From NCBI RefSeq assembly GCF_009914755.1, contig NC_060944.1: a stretch of 64,000 nt of DNA. One strand, given 5' to 3'. The translations under genes and the position numbers were made by a program. Each line of letters begins with the position of its first letter. Position 1 is the stretch's first letter. Under the pieces are notes generated by a model, which saw only the letters and a program-made list of their open reading frames with translations, had not been told where the DNA came from and did not search any database. The DNA is from the human T2T-CHM13v2.0 reference genome, Homo sapiens. Shown here in pieces: positions 1-11,975 of this stretch.

Positions 1-14
1 CAAAATTGAGGTGA

Positions 15-48
15 AGAGACAGACAGAGAGAAAGAGAGAGAGAGAGAA
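15..48. repeat. (GA)n-rich microsatellite
   Basis: agagacagacagagagaaagagagagagagagaa. Confidence 0.8.
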
Positions 49-599
49 ACAGTTGATCCTGACAGCACCCTGCAGCTCACCATCTTCATGATTGATGTCT
101 CCATGGAAGTGAGCGTAGGAACCCAGTGAGGCAATGAGTGGGCTGGATTTCTGGAGCCTTTGTTGACTTAGGATGAATGTGCTTGTCAGATGCATTGCCA
201 GCATGGGGTCAGTACCTGGGACTCAGGCCACCATGCAGGACAAAAGGCAAATCATGCCAGGAGCCCACACTCAACCAGAGCCCATCCTACCCTGGAAAGG
301 ATCTGGAGAATGTTGCCGTTCTCAGCCATAGGACCAACAACACCTACATGAACATCATGTTCAAATCTATCTAGGACCTGCCTGGTTCCAGGTAAGACAT
401 GCAAATCTGAGATTAGGGTTAATTAATGTTTTTAAAATGATTTTACCCTATATTTTCAATGAGCATTGTGAATTGTTAATGATCCTGGTCTTTATTTGAA
501 GAAAGCCAAAGCCTAAATTTAATTTTGATTTGGAAAACTTGACTCTTGAACCCCTACTTCCAGTAGCTTCTCATCACTGGTGGAATAAAGTCCAATACC

Positions 600-990
600 A
601 CACCATGCCTGGAATATGCTTTGTGAGCCCGACTCTGGCTACTTGGCCAACTCCACTCCTTCCCTCCCTCTCCTCTCTGCTAGTGTGTTCTGGCTGTGTG
701 GAGAGACTGGGGATTCTGTCTTCCAGCCTTGCCTTAAATACAAATATTTCATCTCACTTCAGGGGGTTTGCAGTGGTTATCCCCTCTGCTTTGGGAGGCT
801 TCTTGGAGAGCCTCAGCTGTGTATACTTCACTTAGGTATCTCCTCAGACATTCTTTGCAGATGGGCCCCTCGACCACTCCACCAAAATCCCACCATGTAG
901 CCCTTGCCTCAGTTCTCCCTGGCTCTAGATTTTATTATCTGGTGGTATTGCCTGTCTCCTTGTTTGGCCCTTGTGTTGCATGAGCTGGAC
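600..990 (+). mobile_element. Degenerate L2 LINE fragment
   Basis: Pyrimidine-rich L2-like motifs (ctccactccttccctcc..., tttgcagtggttatcccctctgctttggga); very diverged. Confidence 0.4.
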
Positions 991-1348
991 CCAATAAGGT
1001 CCAGATACCAAATACATTAACTGAGCTCTCCATTAGCCCCCAATCCCATCAAGGCCCTCGGTTTCAGGCTTTCTTCTGCTCCCAGTCTGGCCCTGACAGT
1101 GAATGCCCGGAGTAGAGAGGCTGGCATTGTCAGCTTCTCTGATTTCTTAGCTCCACCTCCTGTGCTAGCAGATATTCACAGCTTCAGGGTTGAAGGAGGA
1201 GGAGGAAGGAAAACCCCAATGTGACTGGTAGAGCGGTTGGCTTCCTCCCTCAAGGACGGCATTGCGGATCCCTCTGAGGCCTTCACACGGGGACCTACAA
1301 CTAGATTTCCAATCATATCAGCTGTGCCTCATACAAGCCACTTATCTT

Positions 1349-1437
1349 TCCCTCCCTTCCTTCCTTCCTTATTCCTCTTCCTCCTCCTTCTCCTCCTTCC
1401 TTCCTTCCCTTCTTCCTTCCTTTCTTTTTTCTTTCTT
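1349..1437. repeat. CT-rich polypyrimidine low-complexity tract
   Basis: ~90 bp of near-pure C/T (CCTT/CCT units); explains the F/L/S/P-rich ORFs at 1237-1527. Confidence 0.9.
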
Positions 1438-1509
1438 GTATTATATCATTTTGTCATCTTCTGCATTCCATCCTGGGATTCCCCCAAACTTCTAAAGAAT
1501 ATTGTTTTG

Positions 1510-3200
1510 CTATTGTTGTTGTTTTAATTTGCATATATTAAGTTTCACTCTTTGTGCTATAATGATCAATGGATTTTGACAAATACATATATCATGTATC
1601 CACCATGATACCATCATACAGAATAGTTCCAGCACCCTAAAATTCCCCTGTGCTTCACCTGTTTAACCCTCTCTTCCTCCCTCTGAATCCATGGAAATCA
1701 CTGATCTTTCCACTGTCTCTATAGTTTTGCCTTTCCAAAAAGTCATATACTTAGAATCATAGAGTGTATACTCTTTTCAAACTGGCTTCCTTCATTTAGC
1801 AATATCTGGTTAAGGTTCTCATATGTCTTTTCATGGCTTAATAGCTCATTTATTTGTATTACTAAATAATATTTCATTGTATGACTATATCACTTTGTTT
1901 ATTCATTAATTTATCTTTGGAAGAACATCTTGGTTACTTCTCCCTTTTGGTGACTATGAATAAAGTTGCTAGAAACATTCACATTCAGATTTTTGCGTGG
2001 ACATGATTTTCAAATAATCTGGGTAAATACCTAAAACTGCAATTGCTGAATCATATGGTAAGACAATCTAGCTTTGTAAGAAACTGACAAGCTTACTGCA
2101 TTCCCATCAGAATGAGTGAGAGTTCTTGTTGCTCTACATTCTTATCATCAGTTGGTTTTATTGGTTTTTTAGATCTTAGCATTCCAGTAATAATAGGTAT
2201 ATTAGTGTCTCACTGTTGTTTTAATTTGTAATTCCCCAGTGACAAATAATGCTGGGCATCTTTCTGTGTGTTTGTCATCTGTATATCATATTTGATAAGG
2301 TACTCCATCAGGTCTTTTGCCCATTTTTAAAAATCGGGGTCTTATTGATGAATTTTACAAGCTCTTTTTATATTTGGATATAAATTCTTTATCAGATGTG
2401 TTTTTTGCAAATATTTTCTCCCAGTCTGTGGTTTGTATTTTCATTCTTTTAATTGTTTCTTTCACAGAGCAGAGACTTTTAAATTTTAATCAAGTCCAAT
2501 TTATCAATTTTTCTTTCATGCATTATGTTTTCGTTTTGTATCTAAAAATTCATCACCCAATATATCACATAGACTTTCTGCTATGGTTTCTTCTGGAAGT
2601 TTTATATCTTTGCACTTTACATTTAGGTCTACAGTTGATTTTGAGTTAATGTTTGTGAAAAGTGTAAGGTCTGTGTCTAGGCTCAATTATTTTTTAATAT
2701 GGATATTCAAATTTTCCAGCACTATTTTTTTAAAAAAATTCTTCTTTCTTCATTGAATTGCCTTTGCTCTTTTGCTAACGATCAGTTGAAAGTATTTGTG
2801 TGGATCTATTTCTGGGTTGTCTACTCTGTTCCATTGATCTACATGTCTATACTTTCACCAACACCATGCTATCTTGAGTACTGTAGCTCTATAGTGAGTC
2901 TTGGAATTAGGTAATGGTAATGGGAATTGGCCCTGATTTTGTTATTCTTCTTCAGTATGGCCATTCGGAGTCTTTTCACTTTCCACATACATTTTAGAAT
3001 CAATTTGTCAATATCTATACAATAGCTTTCTGAGATTTTGATTGGGGTTATGTTGAATCTATAGATCAAGTTGGAAAGAATTTGCATCTTGACAATTTCA
3101 AGTCTTCCAACCTATTAATGTTGAATACCTCTCCATATATTTAGACCTTCTTTAATTTCTACCACTGGAATTTTGCAGCTTTTCCCATATAGATACTGTG
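1510..3200 (-). mobile_element. Old L1 (L1M-type) 3' portion: ORF2 C-terminal remnant plus 3' UTR
   Basis: Minus ORF 2869-3087 ILSNLIYRFNITPIKIS...DKLILKCMWK matches L1 ORF2 ILPKVIYRFNAIPIK...; L1M 3' UTR motifs at 1540-2100. Confidence 0.9.
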
Positions 3201-4252
3201 ACTGGGCCACTTTTGACTCCTTTCCCAGTCCTCAGGCTTCTGAAGGTCATCTCTCTTTCCTTAGTCATCTCTCTTTCCTCTTTCCCTGCAGTCCTACACC
3301 ATCTCTCTTAATTCTTAGGAAATAGTTCCCTTCCCCTGCCATGGTGGAAGTCCAGTTGTCTCCCAGAGAGCCACACTTCTTGATTCAAAAGTAGGGCCAT
3401 CTCCATACCCTTTCAATTTAGATTCCTCCTATGACAGTTAGAACCCATCTCTGTGCCCTGTACACTCTGGAGGATACCTATCAGATTTCTGGGTGGTCCA
3501 GTTGGTAACACAGATGGGAAACTAACTCACCTTCTCCTTCCCTTCCTGGAGTGAAGGTGAACATGCAACACATAGGATGACTCTCTCCAAAGTCATCCTA
3601 TTCTTCTGCTTCTACTTCATAGCCTACATCTGGATGATGGGCTTAAACTGACAAAACAAGTTCACAATCTCTTAGGAGGTCCGCAATACACATTGCTTTA
3701 AGACACAGCATCCTTAACATCTCTTGTACTGAAGAGCAAGGATGTGGAGCCTTCAGATGAGACTAAAACAGAGTTTCAACATCCTGTTAACCTTGTCTAG
3801 TGCCTCTGTCACTGAAGGATGAGTGATCTTTCACTAAAGAATGGATACTTGAGGAAAATAACATGAAGAATGTAAATTATTGTCATAATATGACACAGAG
3901 AAGAGGCAAGTCAACTTGAAAAATTAGGGAGTAGCATAGGAAACAAACTTTAATCACAATCTTTTTGACAAGACAAATAGTAATATATAATGAAATAATA
4001 ATGACATGTTCTGTTAGCTTCTAAAAGGGAGGTCCACGTAGAATTGTGGATTTCAGTCAGCATAATGCTTGAGAATGCCTGGCGGGGGAAATGGGTCATG
4101 GAAAACTTGCTTGAGAAAGTGACACCTGAACTGTGTCTTAAAGAATAAGTAGAATTTCAACAGAGGAAGGAGTAACTGACTTGGAAGCAGAAAAGAGGCA
4201 AAGGAAATAGCAAGAAGAAAAGGAAATAAAAGAGAATTAAAAATAGTGGTTC

Positions 4253-4883
4253 TGTCAGAGGCATTTGAACCAGAGAAACTCCATCTTGAATAGGGGCTAG
4301 GTAAAATAAGGCTGAGACCTACTGGGCTGTATTCTTAGGAGGTTAAGGCATTCTGAGTCACAGGATGAGATAGGAAGTTGGCACAAGATACAGGTCACAA
4401 AGCGCTTGCTGATAAAACAGGTTGCAGTAAACAAGCCCGGCTAAAACCCACCAAAACCAAGGTGGTGAAAAAGGTGACCTTTGGTCGATCTCACTATTCA
4501 TTATATATTAATCATAATGCATTAGCATGCTAAGAAACACTCCCACCAGTTACAATTTACAGATGCCATGGCAACATAAAGAAGTTACCCTGTATGGTCT
4601 AAAAAGAGGAGGAATCCTCAGTTCCTGGAATTGCTCACCCCCTTTCCCAGAAAGCTCATCAATAGTCCACCCCTTGTTTAGCATATAATCAAGAAATAAC
4701 CATAAAAATGGGCAACTGGCAGCCCTTGGGGCTGCTCTGCCTATGAAGTAGCCATTCTTTATTCCTTTACTTTCTTAATAAACCTGCTTTCACTTTACTC
4801 TATGGATTCACCTTGAATTCTTTCTTGTGCGAGATCCAAGAAACCTCTCTTGGGGTCTAGATCAAGACTCCTTTCTGGTAACA
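4253..4883 (+). mobile_element. MER41B solo LTR (ERV1), full length
   Basis: Starts TGTCAGAGGCATTTGAACCAGAG and ends ...CTTTCTGGTAACA; 4-bp TSD GTTC at 4249-4252 and 4884-4887; AATAAA near 4777; colinear with recalled MER41B consensus. Confidence 0.93.
4622..4652 (+). promoter_or_regulatory. Tandem GAS (STAT) motifs within MER41B
   Basis: TTCCTGGAA 4622-4630 and TTCCCAGAA 4644-4652, both matching TTCNNNGAA. Confidence 0.7.
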
Positions 4884-6449
4884 GTTCTCTCCTTCGGTTT
4901 AGGGAAGAACAAGAAATTATCAGTATTTGGAATGGAGAATTTATGTATAAGAGTGATAGAAGATGAAAATTAATATTACAATGTAAAGTTAATCCATGGC
5001 CAAATGAATGAAAGTCTTGTATATCCATGTTTGGTAGTGTGGGCTTTAGTCTATAGGTGATGGGGAGTCATTAACGATGTGGAACAGAGCAGTGAGGGTA
5101 TGAACCCAGAAAAAGGAAGACTTATAACTCAGTCAAATTATACACCTGGAGCAGTCACTCTGTTCCAAGCAGTGGGATGAAAACCAGAGATATATCAGAG
5201 GTGAGACAGACGGTATTTCTGGCTTGCAGAACTCTCAGGGTCAAGTTAGGATCTTTTGCTGTCAAGGGAGTAAGTGATCATGAGACTCTAGCAAAAGTAT
5301 GGAGAAAAAGGGACATAGCCTGGGAATGGTTGGGGAAGAGGGTGAGTGACAGGACGTGGAACGAATCACAGACCAAGGATGACTGAAGTTTCTAGCATGA
5401 GCCAGACAGATGTCAAGATACAAGCTGCAGGAAAAATGATGGAAAGAATTAAGTAGGAAAAAGGAGCAGGTGGTGGATCTGTGATAACTAGATAAGAAGT
5501 CAACCTCAGAGTGGTGAGTCAGCCAGGGAAGAATTCATGATATATTGAACTATAGAGAGAAGGAACAAACATTATTTATATCTAAAGTGTATCTAAGGAG
5601 CAACAGAAATAAATTTAAAGAAACTTAGGGCGAAAGGCAATGAGGGATTGTCACAAAGCTCAGACTTGCACAAATGTTCCCCAGAAGCCACAGCTCACCT
5701 GCCAAATTGCCTGCTGAAATTTCCTCCACTCATCCTCACCAGCCCATCCCCCAGCCAGTCAAAATATGACCTGCAGTTTTTTAGTTTAGCCTGCAAATTC
5801 AAGGAAGGAAACAAATGATTCCAAAATCCATTTTCCACGTAAGCTAAATACAAAGTACAAGAGGCAAATATGAGTTAAGGACTTAGCCCTGAAGCTGTAA
5901 TGTCTGCCTCTGCTGGGCCAACCATCTGCAGTGCCTTGAGAGTGAATGATGGCTGAGCATACCACCTCTCAAGCCAGAAAAGTCCCAAGTCTGCACAGTT
6001 GAAGTCCTCATTTCTAAAGCTCTTGAAATTTCTCTTCTGATTTGGGCTTCCGTGTCCTTGTCCCACCTCATCTCATCTAATCAGGTAGGTGGTTGGATCC
6101 ACTGAGGTACAGAGGTCAGACGTCTGGCTAAAGCTGGGTTGAGAAGGGAAAAGGAAAATTGCAGAGGAAGCAGCAGGAGTGTGGGGGCCATCTCCTCTCC
6201 CCCTTTCCTCAGTTTCCCCTGGGGTAGGGTGTTCCGTGGAACAAGGAACAAGAAGAAGTTTCTACATTACCACAAAATCAGAATGAATATTGAATACAAG
6301 AAGATGGAGTAGACAGGGTCCAGATTCCAAAGCCACTATACCTTGGCATCTAGCCAGATGGCTTGGCCATTTCATTCGTCAACCATTTATGCTATAACTA
6401 TGCATTACAAGCTCAATAAAAGTCTCAAGAGATGCTAAAATTTATTAAT

Positions 6450-7260
6450 TCCTTAAACATTTACTTACTGAGCTTCCACTATAGGCCAGATGTTGTGCTA
6501 ATTTTGGGGATAACATAGTAAGGAACGACTCAAACCAACAAACACCACCAATACAAGACTGCGGCCCTCTTGAGTCTACAGAAAGTCAAGGAAGCAAAAC
6601 ACATGCACAGGTAAGTGTAAAAACGCACAGCTGTAGTTTAAGTGCCACAAAGTAGAGGTACATGAACATTTATTCTAAGAGCAATGGGGAGCCCTATCTG
6701 TGTCCAATGCATGGGGACACAAGAAGGTATAGTATATGGGGACATTGCAGGAATGTCTCTATGGCTGGAAGTCAGAGAGTGCTGGGGGCAGAGAGATGCT
6801 GACCATGGAAGACTTCTAAGCTAAGCTAATGTATTTTTGCTTTATACCCAGGAAATTAAGAGGCATTTACTTTAAACAAGGAGTGAATATAACCATATTT
6901 GTACAACATAAAATTCATCTTGGTTGCTGAATGAAGGAGGGATTATGATCCCATAAGAAAAGAAGCAGGAGCCCAGTTGGGAGAAAATGCAATAGCTGAA
7001 GTTGTGAATGAGGATCCTGCTAAAGTCACATCAATGGGGATAGAGAAATGGATATGCTAGAAAGACAGTGAGGAAGAGGATGGGAGGAGAGGGAAGGGGA
7101 AGGGAAGGGAGCGGAGCGGAGGGGACGGGAGAGGAGGGGAGGAGGAGCAGGTTATGGAGGGGAAGTGGGGCAGTGAGATTAGAGAGGAGGTGGTGATGGG
7201 TGAGGACATCCCTGCTTCTGGCATGGTGTCTTATGGGATGGTGAGCTTCTCTTTTAGCAA
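6450..7260 (-). mobile_element. L2 3' end fragment
   Basis: catttacttactgagcttccactataggccagatgttgtgcta...ggggataacatagt is the antisense L2 3' terminus pattern. Confidence 0.65.
7068..7200. repeat. GA-rich low-complexity tract with G-quadruplex motif
   Basis: GGGAAGGGGAAGGGAAGGG at 7091-7109 within ~130 bp of purine-rich sequence. Confidence 0.8.
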
Positions 7261-10259
7261 GAGAGGTGATTATGACAGAGAGAGAGAGACAGAGAATGAA
7301 GCAAAGCTGGGGGCTTCTCAAGTGTTAAAAATACCCTACATCCCACACACCTCCATTAACTCATCAGAAAACTCAAAACCCAAGACAAACTTCTGCTCCT
7401 CTCTGTAATTTGGCTGTGAGCTCCCTTTTCTGGGTCATGTATGAGTCCATGGGTATTTTAAACATGAGAAGGACAAAGGGATAAACCTTTATTTCTTTTT
7501 CCAGTCGTACTATATTGATTTCAGGTAAGTGAAATGCGGTGTCATTTTCTTGTATGTGTCTTGCAGGATGCCCATGGGTGATGGTTAGAGGAGATGATGG
7601 GTGTTGGTTGGTAATCGTGAAAGCTACACTGTGCAGGGATAGGGATGAGGACAGGAACCAAGGGTGGCATATACTGGTGCTTTTAGCTTCTTGGGACATT
7701 TGTCCGTATTTAGACAGGCTGAAAAATTTGAAATTTCCCTTGGTTAATTTTTTCAGGAAAACAAAAACAAAACAAGCTCCAATGCCACATTCAACTCTCA
7801 AATGCCATAGTCAGGTTGGACTTGTTTGGAGTCATCTCTTTTCTAGCACTCTGACATCTTTGGGATGAACTCAGCTTAGAAAACACCTTAGAAAATTCCT
7901 TTCCTCTTCTCTGGTGATTAATCAAGGGTTTTCCTTTCCAGACACTGTGTGGCTTCAGTCTCCTCCTTCCAAGTGCATAGGAATCCCCAATGTCCTCTGA
8001 GGCTTAATGCATCTTAATCAGTAAAAAGAACGATCATTAGGAATCATACCCATAAAATTGAAGCCACTTAATCAGCACCCTGATACAGTGTGCACACTTA
8101 ATTACGATGATTGCCAAGACTGGATTCATTGTCATGCATGTTAACGACTTGCCTTGGTAGCTAACTGATGTCTGAGATGACTCTAGCGTAAAATGGAGAG
8201 CCAGCCAACCAGTTTCCATGGAAGGCTCCAGGTGCCAATGGACGATCCCCTTCCTCAAGAGGACCCTTGGGCATTTCTCAAAGATACTCAGGCAGCCCTG
8301 CTGAGGAAGAACAAGGATGGCCATCAGACTTTCAGAGGAGAAATTCATACCCCACGCCGTACGAGCTGTCAGACTGGAATATAGATTTCTTATTTAGAGA
8401 CCGCTTTCCTCCTCTGCAAGGTGACTTCACAAGGACAACTTTCTCTGCACTTTGTGGAGTTTTCCACTAGGATTGATCTACAGCCATCGAAAACCAGAAA
8501 TGTGAACTCTAAACTAAGATACCAAGCCTCTGCGGTAAACTTTACTCATAGCAAAAGGCAAGATGGGTCCAAGGCTTCAGAACAAAAAGAGAAGAGTTCC
8601 AGAGTTCCAGGCAGGAGGCTTTGTTTGGCTTCTGTCAAGACTCATACTTTGAATTTTGATTAGTAGAAAATTACAAAGTCTTGCTCAAGTCTTGTCTTCA
8701 TTATATGGTAAGAGCTCTTCTCATAGAATTTTCTCCTGGATTTCTATATCAAATCTGCAAAGCTTCAAGGCAGGGAAGAATATGTTACAGGTATTGTCGC
8801 TATCTTTACACAAAGTTATGAACGAACATATTTGTTGGTTTGACATTTTACGTTTCAATCCCCCGGGTGTTTTTGAGGCAGATGTTGGAGGTCTGGACTT
8901 CAATAAACCTGGTGGTAATGCACTGGGCTGTGACTCCAGAAAGGAATTTTCTGAAGGCCAGAAGTAAACAGTGTGGGACAGCAGGCTGCTCTGCCCTCAT
9001 GAAGGAGCATTGCAGGAGGCTAGCTTCTGAGTCAGCCCTCACTGCAAAACCTGGGAGCTGCCCTTCTCGTCCTGTCCATCTCAGACAAATGTAGGACATG
9101 GACTTGCCTAATTAAGCTCTGGTAGCAGACAGGCACCCCTGGCCTCTCCACTGCCATTTTCTTCTCTTCTTCTTTGATGTGGCTTGATAATTCCCACTCC
9201 TTTCTTCTCCCTACCTCTTCCCAAAATCTGCAGTTTCCAAAAATCAGTGTGGGCTGTGCTCACAGGGAAGCCACAACACACATACTCCGGTGTGTTCAGA
9301 AGAAATTCCTTTTCTGGCTCTGTTTCTAGAAGGTTTCTTTGTCAATATTGCAGGGATCTTTAGGGTTTGCTCTCCAGATACTAGACTTAGAGTTCATCCC
9401 AGTTGTGTGTGTCCAAATCATAAGTGGCAGATTAACTCAGGTACAAACCTCAAAGACTGGACTAAATGGATAGTTGAAACCAAACCTGGAGGCACAAACA
9501 AGACATTTCTGCTGAACTTATGAAATGTAGCCTCGGGTGTGTAACTTTTAGGTTATTTCAGTTTCTCACTTGAAAATTAGACACAGTCCCTAAGTGAGTA
9601 CTGCTTCTAGCATCTGAGCTTGATGGTGCTAAAATCACCTTGATCTGGGTTGAGATGTTATAGGTACTTGCTGTCATTAAGAGAAACTTGATTTCTTCCC
9701 TTAATCCAGCACCAAGTCCCCTGGCACAGTTTCCTTGGGTGCTTGCTTCAGTGAGACAGAGGGAATCCATTAGAGCAAGCACCTCCAGCATGCCACAGGA
9801 GCCAGCAAGGCCCAGAGGGGAGAGTGCTGACGAACTCTGGAGAGAGTTCACCCAAGGGCACGCCATGTCCTGCTCTAAAGCCAGGTGGGGCAGGGATTAC
9901 CAGGGGATTTATTAGGCAGGAATCAGCCAGACTAATAACACAAATGTATAGGTCTGCAAGCCCAGAGAGCAGTCTGTCAAAAAGCAAAGATGCCAGTGCA
10001 CTGAGACATTGCTTCTGACCTGCGATCCTCAGGCTGTGAGTGGACAGCTGTAAAATGCAACAATCCCGACATCACAGTATTGAGTAGGGAGCCCACTAAA
10101 TGCAGCAAAGAACACCTACTAAACATTCAGAAGATCTAGCCTCGAATCCTGTTTCTCCCACTGCTGACTCTTGTCCTGGGCAAGTCTGTCATTTTTTGCC
10201 ACCCCCAGTTCCTTTATCAATGCCATGAAGAAAGTCCCCATCTGGGGGTTCACATACTC

Positions 10260-10422
10260 TATTTACATGACGTTCAGGAAGGCTTACCTTGTTCGAGGCA
10301 CAGTTCTGAGAACTTTACAAGTGTTTCCTCGTTTAGCCTTCATAACAGCCCAGCTAGGTAGGTCCTATTATCCCCACTGTGCAGAGGAGAAAATAGAGGT
10401 ACAGAGAGGTTAGGTAACTTTC
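10260..10422 (-). mobile_element. MIR
   Basis: tattatccccactgtgcagaggagaaaatagaggtacagagaggttaggtaactt = antisense MIR core. Confidence 0.8.
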
Positions 10423-10522
10423 TGTATAATACTCACAAATATAATAGCATTTATTTTAGGCTAAACCAGTAGTTTGTACACTTTTGTTTAAGTGCAAGAC
10501 ACACAGTAAAGAATACTTTTAC

Positions 10523-10655
10523 AGCCAGGCATGGTGGCCTACACCTGGAATCCTAGCACTTTGGGAGGTGATAGTGGGAGTATCACTTAAGACCAGGAGT
10601 TCAAGACTACCCTGGCAACATAGCAAGACCCCATCTCTACAAAAAAATAAATAAA
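10523..10655 (+). mobile_element. Free left Alu monomer (FLAM-like)
   Basis: gccaggcatggtggcctacacctggaatcctagcactttgggagg...ccccatctctacaaaaaaataaataaaa; single monomer with A tail. Confidence 0.85.
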
Positions 10656-10729
10656 AGAATTTTACTTTGTAACTCAATATGCATACTGAAATAAAAATCC
10701 TACTAGCTTGTGTCACATCATAAATGATA

Positions 10730-11320
10730 CCAGCTTGGTTGTTATTGTGTAAAAAGCTACCCCAAAATGTAGACTTACAATAGCTATTAGCATTTTATAC
10801 TAATGAATTCTTCAGGTGAGGATTCAGGCAGCATTTAGCTAAGCAATCATTTTGCTCCTTGTGGAATCAACTGAGGCCATTCAATGGTAATCTGCTGGTG
10901 GACGGGTTAATCTGGAAGGTTTGTGGATGGCTTCACTCACATGTCCAGTGCCTGGGCTGGGCTGGCTCAATGCCTCGGCCAAACTGGATCACCAATATGT
11001 GGTGTCTCCTTGTGGCCTGGGCTTCCTCACAGCATGACTGCCTCAGAGTAGTCTCACTTGTAACATGGCTGTTCAGGGATCCAAGCCCAGGCTCTTGTTG
11101 ACAAGGCAGATGCTGCATTGTTTTTATAACCCAGCCTCAGGAATCATTGCATCACTTCTGGCATATTCTATTGCTCAAAGTAATGACAGGTCTGCCCAGA
11201 TTCAAGGAGAGGGAAATAGACCTTACATCTTGATGGCAGAACAGGGAGGTACCATTCTAGAATAGCACATGGACTGTAAGAGATTATTGCGGCTATTTTC
11301 AAAAATAGAGCACGCTACAA
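10730..11320 (-). mobile_element. MLT1-type MaLR LTR
   Basis: gggcttcctcacagcatg, catattctattg...cccagattcaaggagagggaaatagacc are antisense MLT1 motifs. Confidence 0.75.
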
Positions 11321-11347
11321 ATACTTAGCCTCATTATATTCAAAACA

Positions 11348-11650
11348 CAGATGCTTCTTGACTTATGATGGGGTAAATCCCAATAAACCCATCATAAATT
11401 GAACACATCATAAGCCAAAAGTGCATTTAATATACTTAACCTACCAAACATCAGAGCTTAGCCTAGCCTACCTTAAATGTGCTGAGAACACTTACATTAG
11501 CCTACATTTGGGCAAAATCATCTAACATAAAGTTTATTTCTCATGTAGTTTATTGAATACTCTACATTATATCCAAATTGTAATGGTTTCACACCATAAT
11601 AAAATCAAAAATTTGCAAGTCGAAACATCATAAGTTGCAGACCATATATG
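11348..11650. mobile_element. MER47A-like Tc-mariner/Tigger MITE
   Basis: cagatgcttcttgacttatgatgggg...ttagcctagcctaccttaaatgtgctgagaacacttacattagcctaca...cataagttgcagaccat, with terminal inverted similarity. Confidence 0.75.
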
Positions 11651-11789
11651 TACTCTGATATATTTTATTTTATTCTGTCACTTTTTGAAAATGTTTGCCA
11701 CAATACACTTAATTAATTTTGTCACCCACTCATGTGTTATGTCCCGTATAAAAGTGAACAAGGCAGTATGCTAAGCTCTTCCTCAATTT

Positions 11790-11975
11790 TTAATTTTAAA
11801 ATATTTAATTCACAAATATAGTGTATATTCAAGGTGTGCAATGTGATTTGATGTACATATATATTGTGTAATGATTATCACAATCACCACCCATGTTGTA
11901 TATTAAATCCTCAGAACTTGTTCCTCTTATAGCTGAAAGTTTGTGCTCTTTGATAAACATCTCTTTATTTCCAGC
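11790..11975 (-). mobile_element. L1MA-type 3' end fragment
   Basis: tgtatattcaaggtgtgcaatgtgatttgatgtacatatatattgtgtaatgatt...cagaacttgttcctcttatagctgaaagtttgtg. Confidence 0.75.

Larger units (their letters stand above)
4040..5400 (-). mobile_element. Degenerate L2 fragments interrupted by MER41B
   Basis: Purine-rich antisense L2 motifs (gagaaagtgacacctgaactgtgtcttaaagaataagtagaattt; ctttagtctataggtgatggggagtcatt). Confidence 0.55.
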
